Below are positions 37,270-48,722 of a DNA stretch of 64,000 nucleotides, in pieces. The stretch's first letter is position 1; every line of letters starts with the position of its first letter. The translations under genes and the position numbers were made by a program. This DNA comes from Nitrospirota bacterium (GTDB taxonomy: Bacteria > Nitrospirota > UBA9217): assembly GCA_963749655.1 (NCBI GenBank), contig CAVVOB010000028.1:1-64000 (forward strand), written 5' to 3'. Below the pieces are notes generated by a model, which was given only the letters and a program-made list of their open reading frames with translations, did no database searches and was not told where the DNA came from.

Positions 37270-39000
37270 TTACCCGCACACTCCGCAGGTCTTGCACGAG
37301 CCGACCCTGCAGGGCGGCGTGAACTTTCCTTCAAGCGCCCGCTCAAATTCGTTCCTAAGATAATCTTTCCGCACGCCGATGTCAATAAAATCCCAGGGCA
37401 ACTGCTCCGAGAAATCACGCCGCCGGGCCGCATAGAAATCCAGGTCCAGTTCGAGCTCCCGCGCGGCCGCTTTCCAGTCGCCGCCCTTTTCGTGGGCCGC
37501 CCTGATCAGCCTGCCGGTCCTCCGGTCACCGCGCGACAACACCGCCTGGATGTATTCCCACTTCGGCAGGTCGTGAATCACGGTCATGTTGCCGATCGTC
37601 TTCACGGCCTTTTCGATGGTGCGGATCCTGCTGTTCAGCGTCGGGACCGACTCCATGGGCTCCCACTGAAAGGGAGTGAACGGTTTGGGCACAAAGGAAT
37701 TGACGCTGAGGGTGATCCTTCCGATCCTGCCGCGCAAGCGGGCATGGACAAGCTGTATGCGCCGGACCTCCCGGGCAAGAGCGATGATGGCCTCCACGTC
37801 CTCACCGGTCTCCGTGGGCAGTCCGATGATGAAATACAGCTTCAGGTTCGGAATGCCGCTGCCGAAGATGAGGTCTGCGGCCCGAAGGATGTCCGCTTCG
37901 GAAATGTTCTTGTTGATGACGTTCCTGAGCCGCTCTGATCCGGCTTCCGGCGCAATGGAGATGGTCTTGTGTCCGCTCTTTGCGAGCCGCTCGATCAGCG
38001 CCTTGCTCACCGAGTCCGCGCGAAGCGATGAAACGGACAGGCTGCCGCGGATGCCGGCGCAGAGGTCTCCGATGTCGGGATAGTCCGAGATCGCGGCACC
38101 GACGAGACCGATCTTGCCGCAGCCTGCGTCGGCCCGTTCCGCCTGCTCCCGGGCGGTGCCGATGTCGAGGTTTCGCGGAGGCAGATAGATGTAGCCTGCC
38201 ATGCAGAAACGGCAGTGCCGCCCGCAGCCGCGGGTGATCTCGGAAAGATGCATGTCGCTGAATTCCGTAAGCGGTGTCCTGATCGCCGTGGCTGCGGGCC
38301 TTGCACCAAGGCTGCTCGACCCTGCGCTTCACGATCCGCACGGGAGCTGCGGTATCGAGCAGGACACGCTCCCTGATAGTCCCGTCGTCGTGATACGCGA
38401 CGTCGTAGAAGCCCGGCACGTACACGCCCGGGATCCCGGCGGCAGCCCGCAGAAGTTCAAGTCCGCCCTTTCCCGCGCTGCGTCCGAAAGACATCGATAA
38501 ATTCGCCTGCGACGTCTTCTCCTTCGCCCGAGATCACGACGTCGAAAAAATCCGCAAGGGGCTCGGGATTGAAGAACGAGCAGATCCCATCCCAGGAGGA
38601 GAAGAGGATGGGCTTCCGTCCGCTCGCTCCGCAAGGCGGGAATGCCCGCAAGCTTGAGCATTTCGAGAACGTTGATGTAATCCTGCTCAAAGGACACGGA
38701 AAAGGCGAGGATGTCGAAGTCTTTCACCGCACGCTTGCTCTCGAGACTGAAGAGCTTCGTCCCGGTCTTTTCGTACTCCTCCTGATCGTCGTCGTCGGGC
38801 AGGAAGACGCGCTCGCAGAGCGTATCGGGCCGGCTGTTCAGGATGGAGTAAATCTGGTGCACCCCGAGGTTCGACATTCCGATGTGGTACGTATTGGGAT
38901 AGGCGAGAGCGACCTCGATCTCGGCGCCCTGCGCCTTATAGACCGCGCCGTGCTCGACAGCAAGGAGCGCGTCGGCCTTCTCTTTGAGCTTCCTGGACAT
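37270..39000 (-). CDS. Radical SAM protein, TIGR03960-like (frameshifts ~38280-38590)
   Basis: YPNTYHIGMSNLG; RGCGRHCRFC; APEAGSERLR; FVPKPFTPFQW. Confidence 0.85.
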
Positions 39001-39087
39001 ATCGGATTATACAATAGCGAGCGGCGCGGGGGCAAAACAATTCAGCGAAAACAGTCTGGCTTAGCACCTAAAAATACGGAGACATTA

Positions 39088-39490
39088 ACCACGGATAAAC
39101 ACTGATGAACGCAGATTACCGGATTTATAACCATGCTCCCTGTTTTTTCCTATCCCGGTTTCCCCGGATAAAGCACGTATTTCTTCTTTTATCCGTGTCC
39201 ATCCGTGATGGTCGTCGTAAAAAGTCGTCATTCCCGCCTGTCGGGAATCGTGTTGCCACATACGCACTGCCAAGATAGGATTCCGGACAAGCCGGAATGA
39301 CTGTACTTTGATGATTTTCGACTTTTTACGAATACATCATCAATTCACCCCGTTTAGAAATTTGATTTCTAACGGGGTTCATCCGTGGTCAATTGAATTC
39401 GCCACTCTGTTTATCCGTGTCCATCCGTGTTCATCCGTGGTTAATTGAATTTCGGCAGGCTTCTTGTTTTTTCCGGTTCATCCGTGGTTG
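39088..39490. repeat. Nested intergenic repeats (ATCCGTG units, REP-like palindrome, CCCCGT..AGAAAT palindrome)
   Basis: Several atccgtg units, gtcattccc...ggaatgac, ccccgtttagaaat...atttctaacgggg. Confidence 0.65.
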
Positions 39491-39521
39491 ATGAAGGTTT
39501 TTCCTGCTGCGAGGTGCCGCC

Positions 39522-42500
39522 CTATGCGGGGTTGTCGAGAAGCGTGCGGACTTTGCGCAGGAGCTCGTTCATGGGCACCGGCTTGAGTATAAAATGGACG
39601 CCGCTGTCCAGGAGCCCCTTCTGGTGGATGATGTCCGCGGTATAGCCGCTGAAGAACAACGCCTTGATGTCGGGCCGGAATATCCTGATCTTCTCATAGG
39701 CTTCCCTGCCGTTCTTCCTCGGCATGATCACGTCGAGGATAAGAAGCTGTACCGCATCGCGGTTCGCCATGAACTTCCTGACCGCATCCTCTCCATCCTC
39801 GGCCTGGATCACCGTATACCCGAACTGTTCGAGCATGTTGCAGGTCAGGTTTCGCACCGATTCATCGTCTTCGGCCACGAGGATGGTCTCGGCGCCTCCC
39901 TCGATCGGCGGCAGTTCGACCGGATGCAGGGCGTCGGGCGCGCTGCTCGCCACCGGCAGATAAATCCGGAACGACGTTCCCTGTCCCACCTGGCTGTCAA
40001 TATGGATCGACCCGTTATGCTGCGTGACGATGCCGTACACCATTGCAAGGCCGAGTCCGGTGCCCCTCCCGGCCTCCTTCGTGGTGAAAAACGGTTCGAA
40101 CACCCGCTCCCGCGTTCTGTCGTCCATGCCGGTCCCCGAATCGGTCACCGTGATCAGAACGTATTGTCCCGGTTGCTGGAAGTCGTGGGTCTGGGCCGAC
40201 GCCGCGTCGATCTCAACCACTTCGGTCTCGATGAAAAGCGGCCCGCCGTCGGGCATGGCGTCCCGCGCATTCGTGGCAAGGTTCATCAGGACCTGCTCGA
40301 TCTGCCCGGCGTCCGCCTCGATCGTGGTGTCGGCGTCCGTCAGAACTACCTTGAGTTCCACATCCTCTCCGATCAGCCGCACCAGCAGCCGCTCCACTTT
40401 TCTGATGATCTCGTTGAGATTGACGGGCTGCGGATTCAGGATCTGCTTTCTGCTGTACGCGAGAAGACCCTGGGTCAGACTGGCGGCCCGGTTGGCCGAA
40501 GCGAGAATCTGCTCCACGTTGTGGCGCAGGGGGTCGGTCTCTCCCATTTTCATCTGCAGCAGGTTGCCGTACCCGATGATCGCCGTCAGGATGTTGTTGA
40601 AGTCGTGGGCAATGCCGCCCGCCAGGGTGCCGAGACACTCCATCTTCTGGGACTGGCGCAGCTGCTCCTCGAGGTGGATCCGTTCAGAGACATCCATGCC
40701 GACGCCGACAAGGTATTGCCTCCCGTCCCTGTCCATCCGGAAGCCCGTCAGCAGGAACGGGATGGACATGCCGCTCTTGGTGACGATCCTGGCCTCTACG
40801 GACGCTCTCCCCGACTCGTACACTTCCTTCATTTTGGAGGCGACCAGATCCCGGTCCTCGCGGAAGAGCTTGAGCACGTTCATGCCCGACAGCTCGTCCC
40901 GGGAATATCCGGTTATTTCCTTTTCATTGTTGTTCCACCGGATCAACCGGCCTTCCTCATCGCAGATGTAGAACGTTCCCGGCAGGCTGTCGATGATGCT
41001 GTCGGAGAAGCTCTTTTCCTTGAGCAGTTCGCTCTCCGCCCGCCGCTGCTCGGTAATATCGATGCCCGTGGGAATCACGTATTCGACGGCCCCGCCGCCG
41101 TCCAGGAGCGCGGTATTGGACCAGGCGATCAGCTTGCGCCGGCCGTCTTTGGCTATCCAGTAATTTTCGAATTTGTTCGGGAACTGACCGGCGGAAAGGT
41201 TTTGAAACACTTTCTTGACGCTCTCTACCTGCTCGGGCGGAACGAGAAAATCCCACACGTATTTTCCCGCGACCTCCTCGAACCGGTACCCGCTCACCTC
41301 TTCGCAGGTCCGGTTGAACCGGACGATCTTTCCCGTCCCGTCGAGCACGAGCACCATGGCGCCGACCGTGTCGAGCACCGCTGCGGTGAAGTCGCGTTCT
41401 TTCTTCAGAACCTCCTCGGCCTGCTTCTGGTCCGTGACATCGTGGACCGTTTCAATGACCACCGAAAGTTCTCCCGAGCTGTTGTACACCGGGGCTGCGT
41501 CGAAGATGATGTACCGGTCATGGCCGTTCAAATTCCGATACCCCTCTGCGCGCAATCCGTTCTGGATCAGCGCCGGCCGGGAAACGGCGGCGTACATTCC
41601 CGCGGCCTGGTCGATGTCGCCGTTGATGATAATGTCCGCCAACGTCGGGCGCTTTTCGGCGTAGAACGCCCTCCACTGCTGGTCCGTGCCGACCAACTCG
41701 GCGGCGGAAATGCCGGTCAACTCTTCACAGGCCTTGTTCCACAAGACAACGTGGTGACGGGGATTGACGACAAAGGTCGGCACGGCGGAGTTCGCCACGA
41801 CATTTTCCGCGAACCGCATCTGCTCCAGCAGGGAATCCTTGGCGGCCTTCCACTCGGTTACATCGCGCGTTATGGCGACAAGGGCTATGATCTCGTCCCG
41901 GTCGTTGCGGAGCGGCACCGCATGCGTGTTCAGCCAGAGGCGCCTCCCCTTGAGGCCGGCCATCTCGAACGTCAGGTTTCCCGCTCTTCCCTGGAAAACA
42001 TCTTCGGTCAGTTTTTTAAAGGCTTGCCGGTATTCGGGGACCACCAGAGGATAGACCGAGTGGTCTTTGACCTGGTCCAGGGAGTCCGCCTCGATCATGT
42101 CGAGACCGGCGCGGTTCATCAGCAGAAGCGTGCCGTCGGCATTCAGCAGCTTGACGCATTCCGGCTCCGTTTCAATGATCGTCTGGAGAAATTTCCTGCT
42201 TTCGCTGTGTTCCCGCTCACGACTTGCATTCTCCGTAACGTCCCGCACCAGGGACAGAACGCCATAGACACCGCCCGAGGGGTCCTTGAGTGCGGTATTA
42301 TACCATTCGCATACCAGACGTCTGCCCTGCCGGTCGACGTTGTCCTGCGTCAGACAGGCCGACGCGCTTCCCTCGAGGAGCTTCGCGCGGACCAGGTCGG
42401 CAGAAGCCTGCCCGTCAGGGGTCGTGATCAGTTCGCCGGCGCGCTTTCCCCGCGCCTCTCCGGCAGACCAGCCGAATATCTTTTCGGCCGTCCCATCCCA

Positions 42501-42644
42501 CTCGACCACCCGGAGCAATTCGTCCCAGACGATGTAACCGAGCTGCAGATGCTCGGAACAAAAGGCAGGCTGGTCCGTGGTCGGCCCTTGTTCTCCGATA
42601 CGGCCGGCGTTCTGTCCGGTATGTATGGTATTATCCAGGGTCAT
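39522..42644 (-). CDS. Multi-PAS hybrid sensor histidine kinase
   Basis: About five PAS repeats; AHDFNNILT; NARDAM; GTGLGL; C-terminal REC (LDVIMP, KP). Confidence 0.95.
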   Translation of the reverse strand: MTLDNTIHTGQNAGRIGEQGPTTDQPAFCSEHLQLGYIVWDELLRVVEWDGTAEKIFGWSAGEARGKRAGELITTPDGQASADLVRAKLLEGSASACLTQDNVDRQGRRLVCEWYNTALKDPSGGVYGVLSLVRDVTENASREREHSESRKFLQTIIETEPECVKLLNADGTLLLMNRAGLDMIEADSLDQVKDHSVYPLVVPEYRQAFKKLTEDVFQGRAGNLTFEMAGLKGRRLWLNTHAVPLRNDRDEIIALVAITRDVTEWKAAKDSLLEQMRFAENVVANSAVPTFVVNPRHHVVLWNKACEELTGISAAELVGTDQQWRAFYAEKRPTLADIIINGDIDQAAGMYAAVSRPALIQNGLRAEGYRNLNGHDRYIIFDAAPVYNSSGELSVVIETVHDVTDQKQAEEVLKKERDFTAAVLDTVGAMVLVLDGTGKIVRFNRTCEEVSGYRFEEVAGKYVWDFLVPPEQVESVKKVFQNLSAGQFPNKFENYWIAKDGRRKLIAWSNTALLDGGGAVEYVIPTGIDITEQRRAESELLKEKSFSDSIIDSLPGTFYICDEEGRLIRWNNNEKEITGYSRDELSGMNVLKLFREDRDLVASKMKEVYESGRASVEARIVTKSGMSIPFLLTGFRMDRDGRQYLVGVGMDVSERIHLEEQLRQSQKMECLGTLAGGIAHDFNNILTAIIGYGNLLQMKMGETDPLRHNVEQILASANRAASLTQGLLAYSRKQILNPQPVNLNEIIRKVERLLVRLIGEDVELKVVLTDADTTIEADAGQIEQVLMNLATNARDAMPDGGPLFIETEVVEIDAASAQTHDFQQPGQYVLITVTDSGTGMDDRTRERVFEPFFTTKEAGRGTGLGLAMVYGIVTQHNGSIHIDSQVGQGTSFRIYLPVASSAPDALHPVELPPIEGGAETILVAEDDESVRNLTCNMLEQFGYTVIQAEDGEDAVRKFMANRDAVQLLILDVIMPRKNGREAYEKIRIFRPDIKALFFSGYTADIIHQKGLLDSGVHFILKPVPMNELLRKVRTLLDNPA

Positions 42645-43034
42645 CGATCATAGTGAGCTTCGCACTGATGGAAGCTCCCTGCAGCAGGCCGTATTACGAA
42701 AACGGTCCGAAATACTGATGTTTTTTCAGGGAAATCGCCCCATTGGAACACTTCTAGTATAGCAGAACAACGCTTTTTACGCCCGGCGGGAACACCTCGA
42801 TCCGGGAGGAGCCGGGGATGCCAAGACGCGGGATTACGCACCTCACCATTCCGTTCCTGCCTGAACGCCCTTGGTTACGAAGCGTGTCAGGCAAACGATC
42901 AGATGATTCGCGGCAGCGGACAGTAATAACTTGATGTGCGGCAGTGCGGGATAAATCGGAGGCAGGTGAGCAACAGGTATCGTCAAAAGGATTTCACGCA
43001 CCCGGCGCGTTCCGCCGGGTGCTGTAGGTTTTCA

Positions 43035-44824
43035 TTACTCCGCCCGGACAAGGTCCTCGAAGCGGATGTCCACGCCGAATACGCCGACGATCTCGCTCTC
43101 TTCGCTGCTGATCGGCGCGGATACGGTAATGCAGAGAGCACCGGTGATCTTGGACGTATAGAAATCCGACACGAAACTCTTGCCGTCCTTCATGGGGCTG
43201 ATGAACCACGAACGGTCTGAAAAGTCGTCGCCCAGGCCCGCGGTCTCGTACTTCGCCTTGTCCGCAACGTCCGTGATGTTGCGGGTGATCTTCTTCCCCT
43301 GGGCGTTCACGACATAGGCGAACTGGATGTACGGGTCTTCTTTCTGCAGCTTCTCCATCACCGGCTCCATCTTCGCCGGGTCCATGGACCTGACCTCTTG
43401 GCGCTCCACGAACTGTTCGACGATATGGCGCGCGACCTCGGAAGCCTTCTTCTTCAGCCGATCCAGGTCCGAAACAAAGTATTCGGGAAGATACTTCTTT
43501 GCCTTGTCGATCAGCTCATCCGGGGAAATGCTCGTCGTCCTGCCTTGTTCGTACTGCTCCATGACCCACTTGTTGATCTTGGCCAGGCCGGGATGGCGCT
43601 TGTCGATGCGCTTGCGCTCATCGAGACCGAGATGGCTGTTCACCCAGTGCGCGATGCCGGCGACGCCGGACTTGTCGGTGACGATCACGCCCATGGGCCG
43701 CTTCAGGATCTTCGTCGTGTCGAAGATGTTGTAGATCTCCTCGTTCTTCATCATGCCGTCGGCGTGGATGCCGGCGCTGGTCGAGTTGAATTCCGACCCG
43801 ACAAAGGGATAGTTGGGCGGGATGTTGAAGCTCATCTCCTTGCGGAAGTACTCGGCCATCTCGGTGATCGCCGTGGTGTCGATGCCCGCGTCGTTGCCCG
43901 TGAGGCTGATGTAGTCGATCAGCATGGCCTCGACCGGCGTGTTGCCCGTGCGCTCGCCGAAGCCGAGGAGCGCGCCGTTCACCGCGGAGCAGCCGTACAT
44001 CCAGGCCGCCGCGCCGTTGATGAGCCCCTTATGGAAGTCGTTGTGGCCGTGCCATTCGAGCTGCTCCGACGGCACGCCGCCGTCGTGGATGAGCGCGTAG
44101 AAGATCTCCGGCACGCCGCGCGGCAGGGCCGTGCCCGGGAACGGGAAGCCGTAGCCCATGGTGTCGCAGGCGCGGATCTTGATCGGGATCTTCGCCTCCT
44201 GCGAGAGCTTCATCAGCTCCTGCACGAAGGGAATGACGAAGCCGTAGAAGTCCGCGCGCGTGATGTCTTCGAGGTGGCAGCGCGGCGCAATGCCCTGCTC
44301 CAGCGCGGTCGACACGATGTCGAGATAGTGCTTGAGCGCGTCCTTGCGCGACATGTTCAGCTTCAGGAAGATGTGGTAGTCGGAGCAGGAGGTGAGGATG
44401 CCCGTTTCCTTGAGGCCCATCTCCTTGACGAGCTTGAAGTCGTTCTTGTTCGCCCGTGATCCAGCCGGTGATCTCGGGAAAGCGGTAGCCCCGCTCCATG
44501 CAGAGCCGCACCGCCTCGCGGTCCTTCTCCGAATAGAGGAAGAACTCGGTCTGGCGGATCACGCCGTTCGGGCCGCTCATGCGGTGCAGGAAATCGAAGA
44601 TGTCGACGATCTGTTTCGGCGTATAGGGCGGCCGCGACTGCTGGCCGTCGCGGAACGTCGTGTCCGTGATCCAGATGTCCTTGGGGATGCTGGTCTGGAT
44701 CATCCGGTCTTCGAACACCACCCGGGGCACGCTCGAATAGGGGAACATGTCGCGGTAGAGCACCGGTTCTTTTACATCCTTGAGCTCTACGGGTATTTGT
44801 GATGGTCTGTTTTTTGATGGTCAA
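43035..44824 (-). CDS. DRE-TIM (LeuA/HMGL-like) enzyme, Re-citrate-synthase-like, with C-terminal Cache-like domain (frameshifted)
   Basis: [42 protein letters not shown]; DFSDRSWF...[14 protein letters not shown]. Confidence 0.85.
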
Positions 44825-44914
44825 GGGAACCTCCTGATAGAACAATTGCGGATTCATGTCGATTCAGCGAGATTTCGTCTTTGATTCGCATTCCGAATTT
44901 CGCATTCTGAAATT

Positions 44915-45576
44915 TTACTGCTCTCCCTTGATCCCCTTGATCGCCGCCGCATAATCCTTGGTGCCGAAGACGGCGGACCCGGCCACCAGAATATCGGCCC
45001 CGGCCTCGATGATCGCCGCCGCATTCGACGGCTTGACGCCGCCGTCCACTTCGATCTCGATGTTCAGCCCCGCCGCATCGATCCGCTTGCCGGAGCCGGC
45101 GGATCTTGTCCATGGCCGACGGAATGAACGACTGGCCGCCGAACCCGGGGTTCACCGACATGATCACGACCATATCGAGGTCCGGAAGGATATGATCGAG
45201 GCCCGAGAGCGGCGTCGCGGGATTGAGCGCTACGGCTGCCTTCACCTTGTGCTCTTTGATCGACTGGACGAGCCGGTGCAGGTGGAACGCGGTCTCGACA
45301 TGCACGGCGAGATAATCGGCCCCGGCCTTCGCAAAATCGGCGATGTACAGCTCCGGGTTCGTGATCATGAGATGCACGTCGAGCGGCAGTTTCGTGGACC
45401 GGCGGGCCGCTTCGACGATCAGCGGACCGATGGTGATGTTCGGCACGAAGTGTCCGTCCATGACGTCGACATGGATGATATCGGCGCCTGCCGCTTCCAC
45501 GGCCCTGATTTCGTCTCCCAGGCGGGAGAAATCGGCGGAAAGAATCGATGGCGCTACTTTGATCTGTTTTCAACAT
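44915..45576 (-). CDS. rpe: Ribulose-phosphate 3-epimerase (frameshifted)
   Basis: [38 protein letters not shown]. Confidence 0.93.
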
Positions 45577-45648
45577 GATCGTTCCTCAGCAATTACCGAG
45601 ATGGTTGTGATGTTTCTGCGTCTGCCCGGGCACCAGCCGCAGGGGACG

Positions 45649-46365
45649 CTATTTGCTTACCACGATATCCACTGTTGCATCAGGAGAAACAGGGTATCCG
45701 GAGGCGGGTTTCTGGCTCATGACCGTCCGCTCTACGGCCGGTGGACGGTCCGTAACGGCCCGCGTGACGACCCGGTGCTGCAGTCCCATCCGGTCCACGG
45801 TGCGAAGGGCCTCGGCAACCGACAAGCCCGTCAATCGGGGCATGACAATGGACGCCGGCTTTTTGCCCGAGCTCACGAGGATCCTGACCGTGCCGTTCTT
45901 CTCCAGCGGACTTCCGGCCTGCGGCTGCTGGGCCATAACGATGTCACGCTCCACGGTGTCCGACGAGACGCGGGCGATCTCGCCGGGCGTAAACCCCATC
46001 TGGCGGATCATGAGATCGGCTTTTCTGAAATTCTCTCCGACCAGCGTCGGCGCCAGCAGTTCACTGGGTCCCTGGCTTACGACGACACGGACCCACCGCC
46101 CCTTTTTAATTGCGCTCGCCGCTGCCGGTGTTTGAGAAATCACCGTGTCCCGGGGCATCGTCGGGCTCGGCTCGCGCCGGTCTACCTTGAGCTTCAGCCC
46201 CTGCTGAGAAACCATCTCGATGACGCTCACGATGTCCTGGCCCGTCAGGTCCGGTACGCGAACCTCTTCCTGGCGAAGGAGCAGGGCAATGACCGCAAAG
46301 GCGCTTGCAACGCCGACGGCGATGAGAGCAATGAAAAGACCGAGACCTCTCAAAAACTTTTTCAT
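45649..46365 (-). CDS. PASTA-domain protein
   Basis: N-terminal TM plus three VPDL/Q.P.AG repeats. Confidence 0.9.
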   Translation of the reverse strand: MKKFLRGLGLFIALIAVGVASAFAVIALLLRQEEVRVPDLTGQDIVSVIEMVSQQGLKLKVDRREPSPTMPRDTVISQTPAAASAIKKGRWVRVVVSQGPSELLAPTLVGENFRKADLMIRQMGFTPGEIARVSSDTVERDIVMAQQPQAGSPLEKNGTVRILVSSGKKPASIVMPRLTGLSVAEALRTVDRMGLQHRVVTRAVTDRPPAVERTVMSQKPASGYPVSPDATVDIVVSK

Positions 46366-46467
46366 GATTGGAAATCGTATTCTACCACAGATGTCATAAG
46401 ATGCAAGTGCAATGAAGCGATTCGCAGCGTACGGATGCCTCCGGAGGCCGTCAGTGCCGGCCCTGTA

Positions 46468-47799
46468 TCAGACTTTTTTCACCAGCCTCGCGGCAAAAAA
46501 TCCATCCAGGTCGAATTCGCGGGCGAAGGTCCGGAAAAATCCTCCTTCATCCACCAGCCCTGCCGCCGCGGCGGGCAGAAACGGCCGGGGATCGTCGACG
46601 GCAAATCCGCTTCCCCGGTCGGCCAGGAACCCACGGATCACGTCTTCGTTCTCCTCCGGTTCTGTCGTGCAGGTCGCATAGAGCAGCGTGCCGCCGGGCT
46701 TCAAGAGTTTTGCGCAATGGGCAAGGATCCGGCTCTGCAGTCTCTGCCGCTCGGCAATGCCTTTTTCGGTCTTGCTCCACCTGCCGTCCGGGTGGCGGCG
46801 CAGGACGCCGAGACCCGAGCAGGGAACATCGATGAGTATCCGGTCGAAGCCGCCTTCCTGATAGGAAGACGCGTCCCCCTTTACCGGACGGATGATCGTA
46901 ATTCCCAGCCGGTCGCTGTTTTCCCGGATCCGGCCGATCCGCTTTCCGTCGAACTCGAGCGCCGTGATCGCGCCCTCATTTTTCATCAGTTCCCCGAGGT
47001 GGGTCGCCTTTCCGCCGGGAGCTGCGCAGGCATCGAGCACCGTTTCGCCCGGCTTCGGATCGAGCATCATTCCCGCCAGCTGCGCAGCCTCGTCCTGCAC
47101 GATGAACAGGCCCTGATGAAAGGCGGCAAGCGACAGGAGCCCCGGCGAGGACCGGATCACGAGCCCCTGCTGTGAATACTTCGCCTCGTCCACTGCTGCG
47201 CCGTCGGCTTCGAGTGAGGCCCGAAGCTCCTCCCTGGTCGTCCTGAGGGTATTGGTCCTGATCACCAGCGGCGCGGGCCGGTTGTTCTCGCGCAGGACCG
47301 CTTCGGTCGCATCAGCCCCGAGCCGGGAAAGCCAGCGCCTGACCAGCCACACCGGATGAGAGTAGAACACCGAAAGACGCCGCACCGGATCGTCGGGCAG
47401 CGAGAGGGAGCCCCGGTTGCGATCAAGAGTCCGGAGGAGTCCGTTCACGTAGCCCGGGCTCTTTGCGTCGCGTTTTGCAAGCTCGACGGCCGTGTTCACG
47501 GCGGCGCTCGACGGCACGCGGTCGAGAAACAGCAGCTGATACGCGCCGACCCTGAGGATGTTGCGGGTCCGGGCGTCGGCATGATCGATCGTCCTCTTCG
47601 AGAACTGATCGAGCGCCCGGTCAAGGCGTTCGCGGTTGCGGAGGACGCCGTAAACCAGCTCCGTGACGAACGCGCTGTCCCGCGGATCGAAGAGACGGCG
47701 GGTCTCCTCCAGGAGAGCATCGACAAACACGCCCTGCTCCGCGGCGTGCAGGATCGCGACGGCGCGCTCACGGGGCTTATCGACGGGCATTCCCGGCAT
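46468..47799 (-). CDS. rsmB: 16S rRNA m5C967 methyltransferase
   Basis: NusB-like N-terminus; VQDE, DACAAPGGK, DVPCSG, YATCT. Confidence 0.95.
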   Translation of the reverse strand: MPGMPVDKPRERAVAILHAAEQGVFVDALLEETRRLFDPRDSAFVTELVYGVLRNRERLDRALDQFSKRTIDHADARTRNILRVGAYQLLFLDRVPSSAAVNTAVELAKRDAKSPGYVNGLLRTLDRNRGSLSLPDDPVRRLSVFYSHPVWLVRRWLSRLGADATEAVLRENNRPAPLVIRTNTLRTTREELRASLEADGAAVDEAKYSQQGLVIRSSPGLLSLAAFHQGLFIVQDEAAQLAGMMLDPKPGETVLDACAAPGGKATHLGELMKNEGAITALEFDGKRIGRIRENSDRLGITIIRPVKGDASSYQEGGFDRILIDVPCSGLGVLRRHPDGRWSKTEKGIAERQRLQSRILAHCAKLLKPGGTLLYATCTTEPEENEDVIRGFLADRGSGFAVDDPRPFLPAAAAGLVDEGGFFRTFAREFDLDGFFAARLVKKV

Positions 47800-48556
47800 C
47801 GCAGCGGCCGCTCGACAGAAATTCGAGCGCCTCGGCGACCTTGCTGATATCGACACTCGTGTTGAAGCACGGCCCGAAGGGCCGCTCGTTCAGGATGCCG
47901 ATCACGGGAAGGGGATAGGCGTCCTGGATGCCGCTGGTCAGGTCGCGCTCGCAGGCCACGGCGATGATGGCATGGGGCCTGGCTTCGGCCACGCGCCTGC
48001 GTGCAAGGGTGCCGCCGGTGGCCACGGAGAGGTGAACGTCGTGCTTCTTTGCCAGCATCACCAGGTCCTTGATCTTGCATTTGCCGCAGGCCTGGCATTT
48101 ATAGGCATCGGTCGTGATTTTAATGGCGCAGTCGTTGAACTGGAGGCAGTGCGGCATGAGCAGCAGGATGCGTTTCGGCTTGATGTCGCTGCACTTTGCC
48201 TTGACCAGAAGGTTGTTCACTTCGACAAAGGACTGCTGGATCTTTTCCTTCGAAATACCGAGGAGCTTGCCCACGACGATCATGATCGGGAACAGCACCT
48301 CGATCACGATGCCCCTGAGCTTTGCGGCAAAGAAAACCTCCTTGCCTCTGATGAGGGTAAGGATCAGGAGCGCGACGCCCAGGATCAGCACGCCGATCAC
48401 CGTGCCCATGGTGACGCAGACGACTTCCGGCGCCATCGGGTGGATGTTCCGGAGCCCGATGTAGGGAATAAGATACAGCCCCACGGTGATCGCGGTGATC
48501 AGGAAGACCGTGAACACGATGAGGCCGATAAAAATTCTTTTTTTGGGTTCGGACAT
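47777..48556 (-). CDS. DUF116 protein
   Basis: PHCLQ, CQACGKC, ATGGT, VACERDL. Confidence 0.9.
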   Translation of the reverse strand: MSEPKKRIFIGLIVFTVFLITAITVGLYLIPYIGLRNIHPMAPEVVCVTMGTVIGVLILGVALLILTLIRGKEVFFAAKLRGIVIEVLFPIMIVVGKLLGISKEKIQQSFVEVNNLLVKAKCSDIKPKRILLLMPHCLQFNDCAIKITTDAYKCQACGKCKIKDLVMLAKKHDVHLSVATGGTLARRRVAEARPHAIIAVACERDLTSGIQDAYPLPVIGILNERPFGPCFNTSVDISKVAEALEFLSSGRCDAGNARR

Positions 48557-48722
48557 GGTTTATAAAGCAGTTGTTAGTTTTGAGTTCTTAGTTTTTAGTT
48601 CAATTCAACTCAAAACTAAAAACCAAGAACTTCAAAACTTCCGTATCTTTTATCTGCCGTTCGCTTTCTTTCCGTCACTCAACTCAAAACTAAAAACTAA
48701 GAACTCAAAACTTCCGTATCTT

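Noticed and set aside
39594-42653. Long antisense ORFs (also 45343-47175 and 59956-61797)
   Set aside because: Shadow frames of high-GC genes with clear sense-strand products
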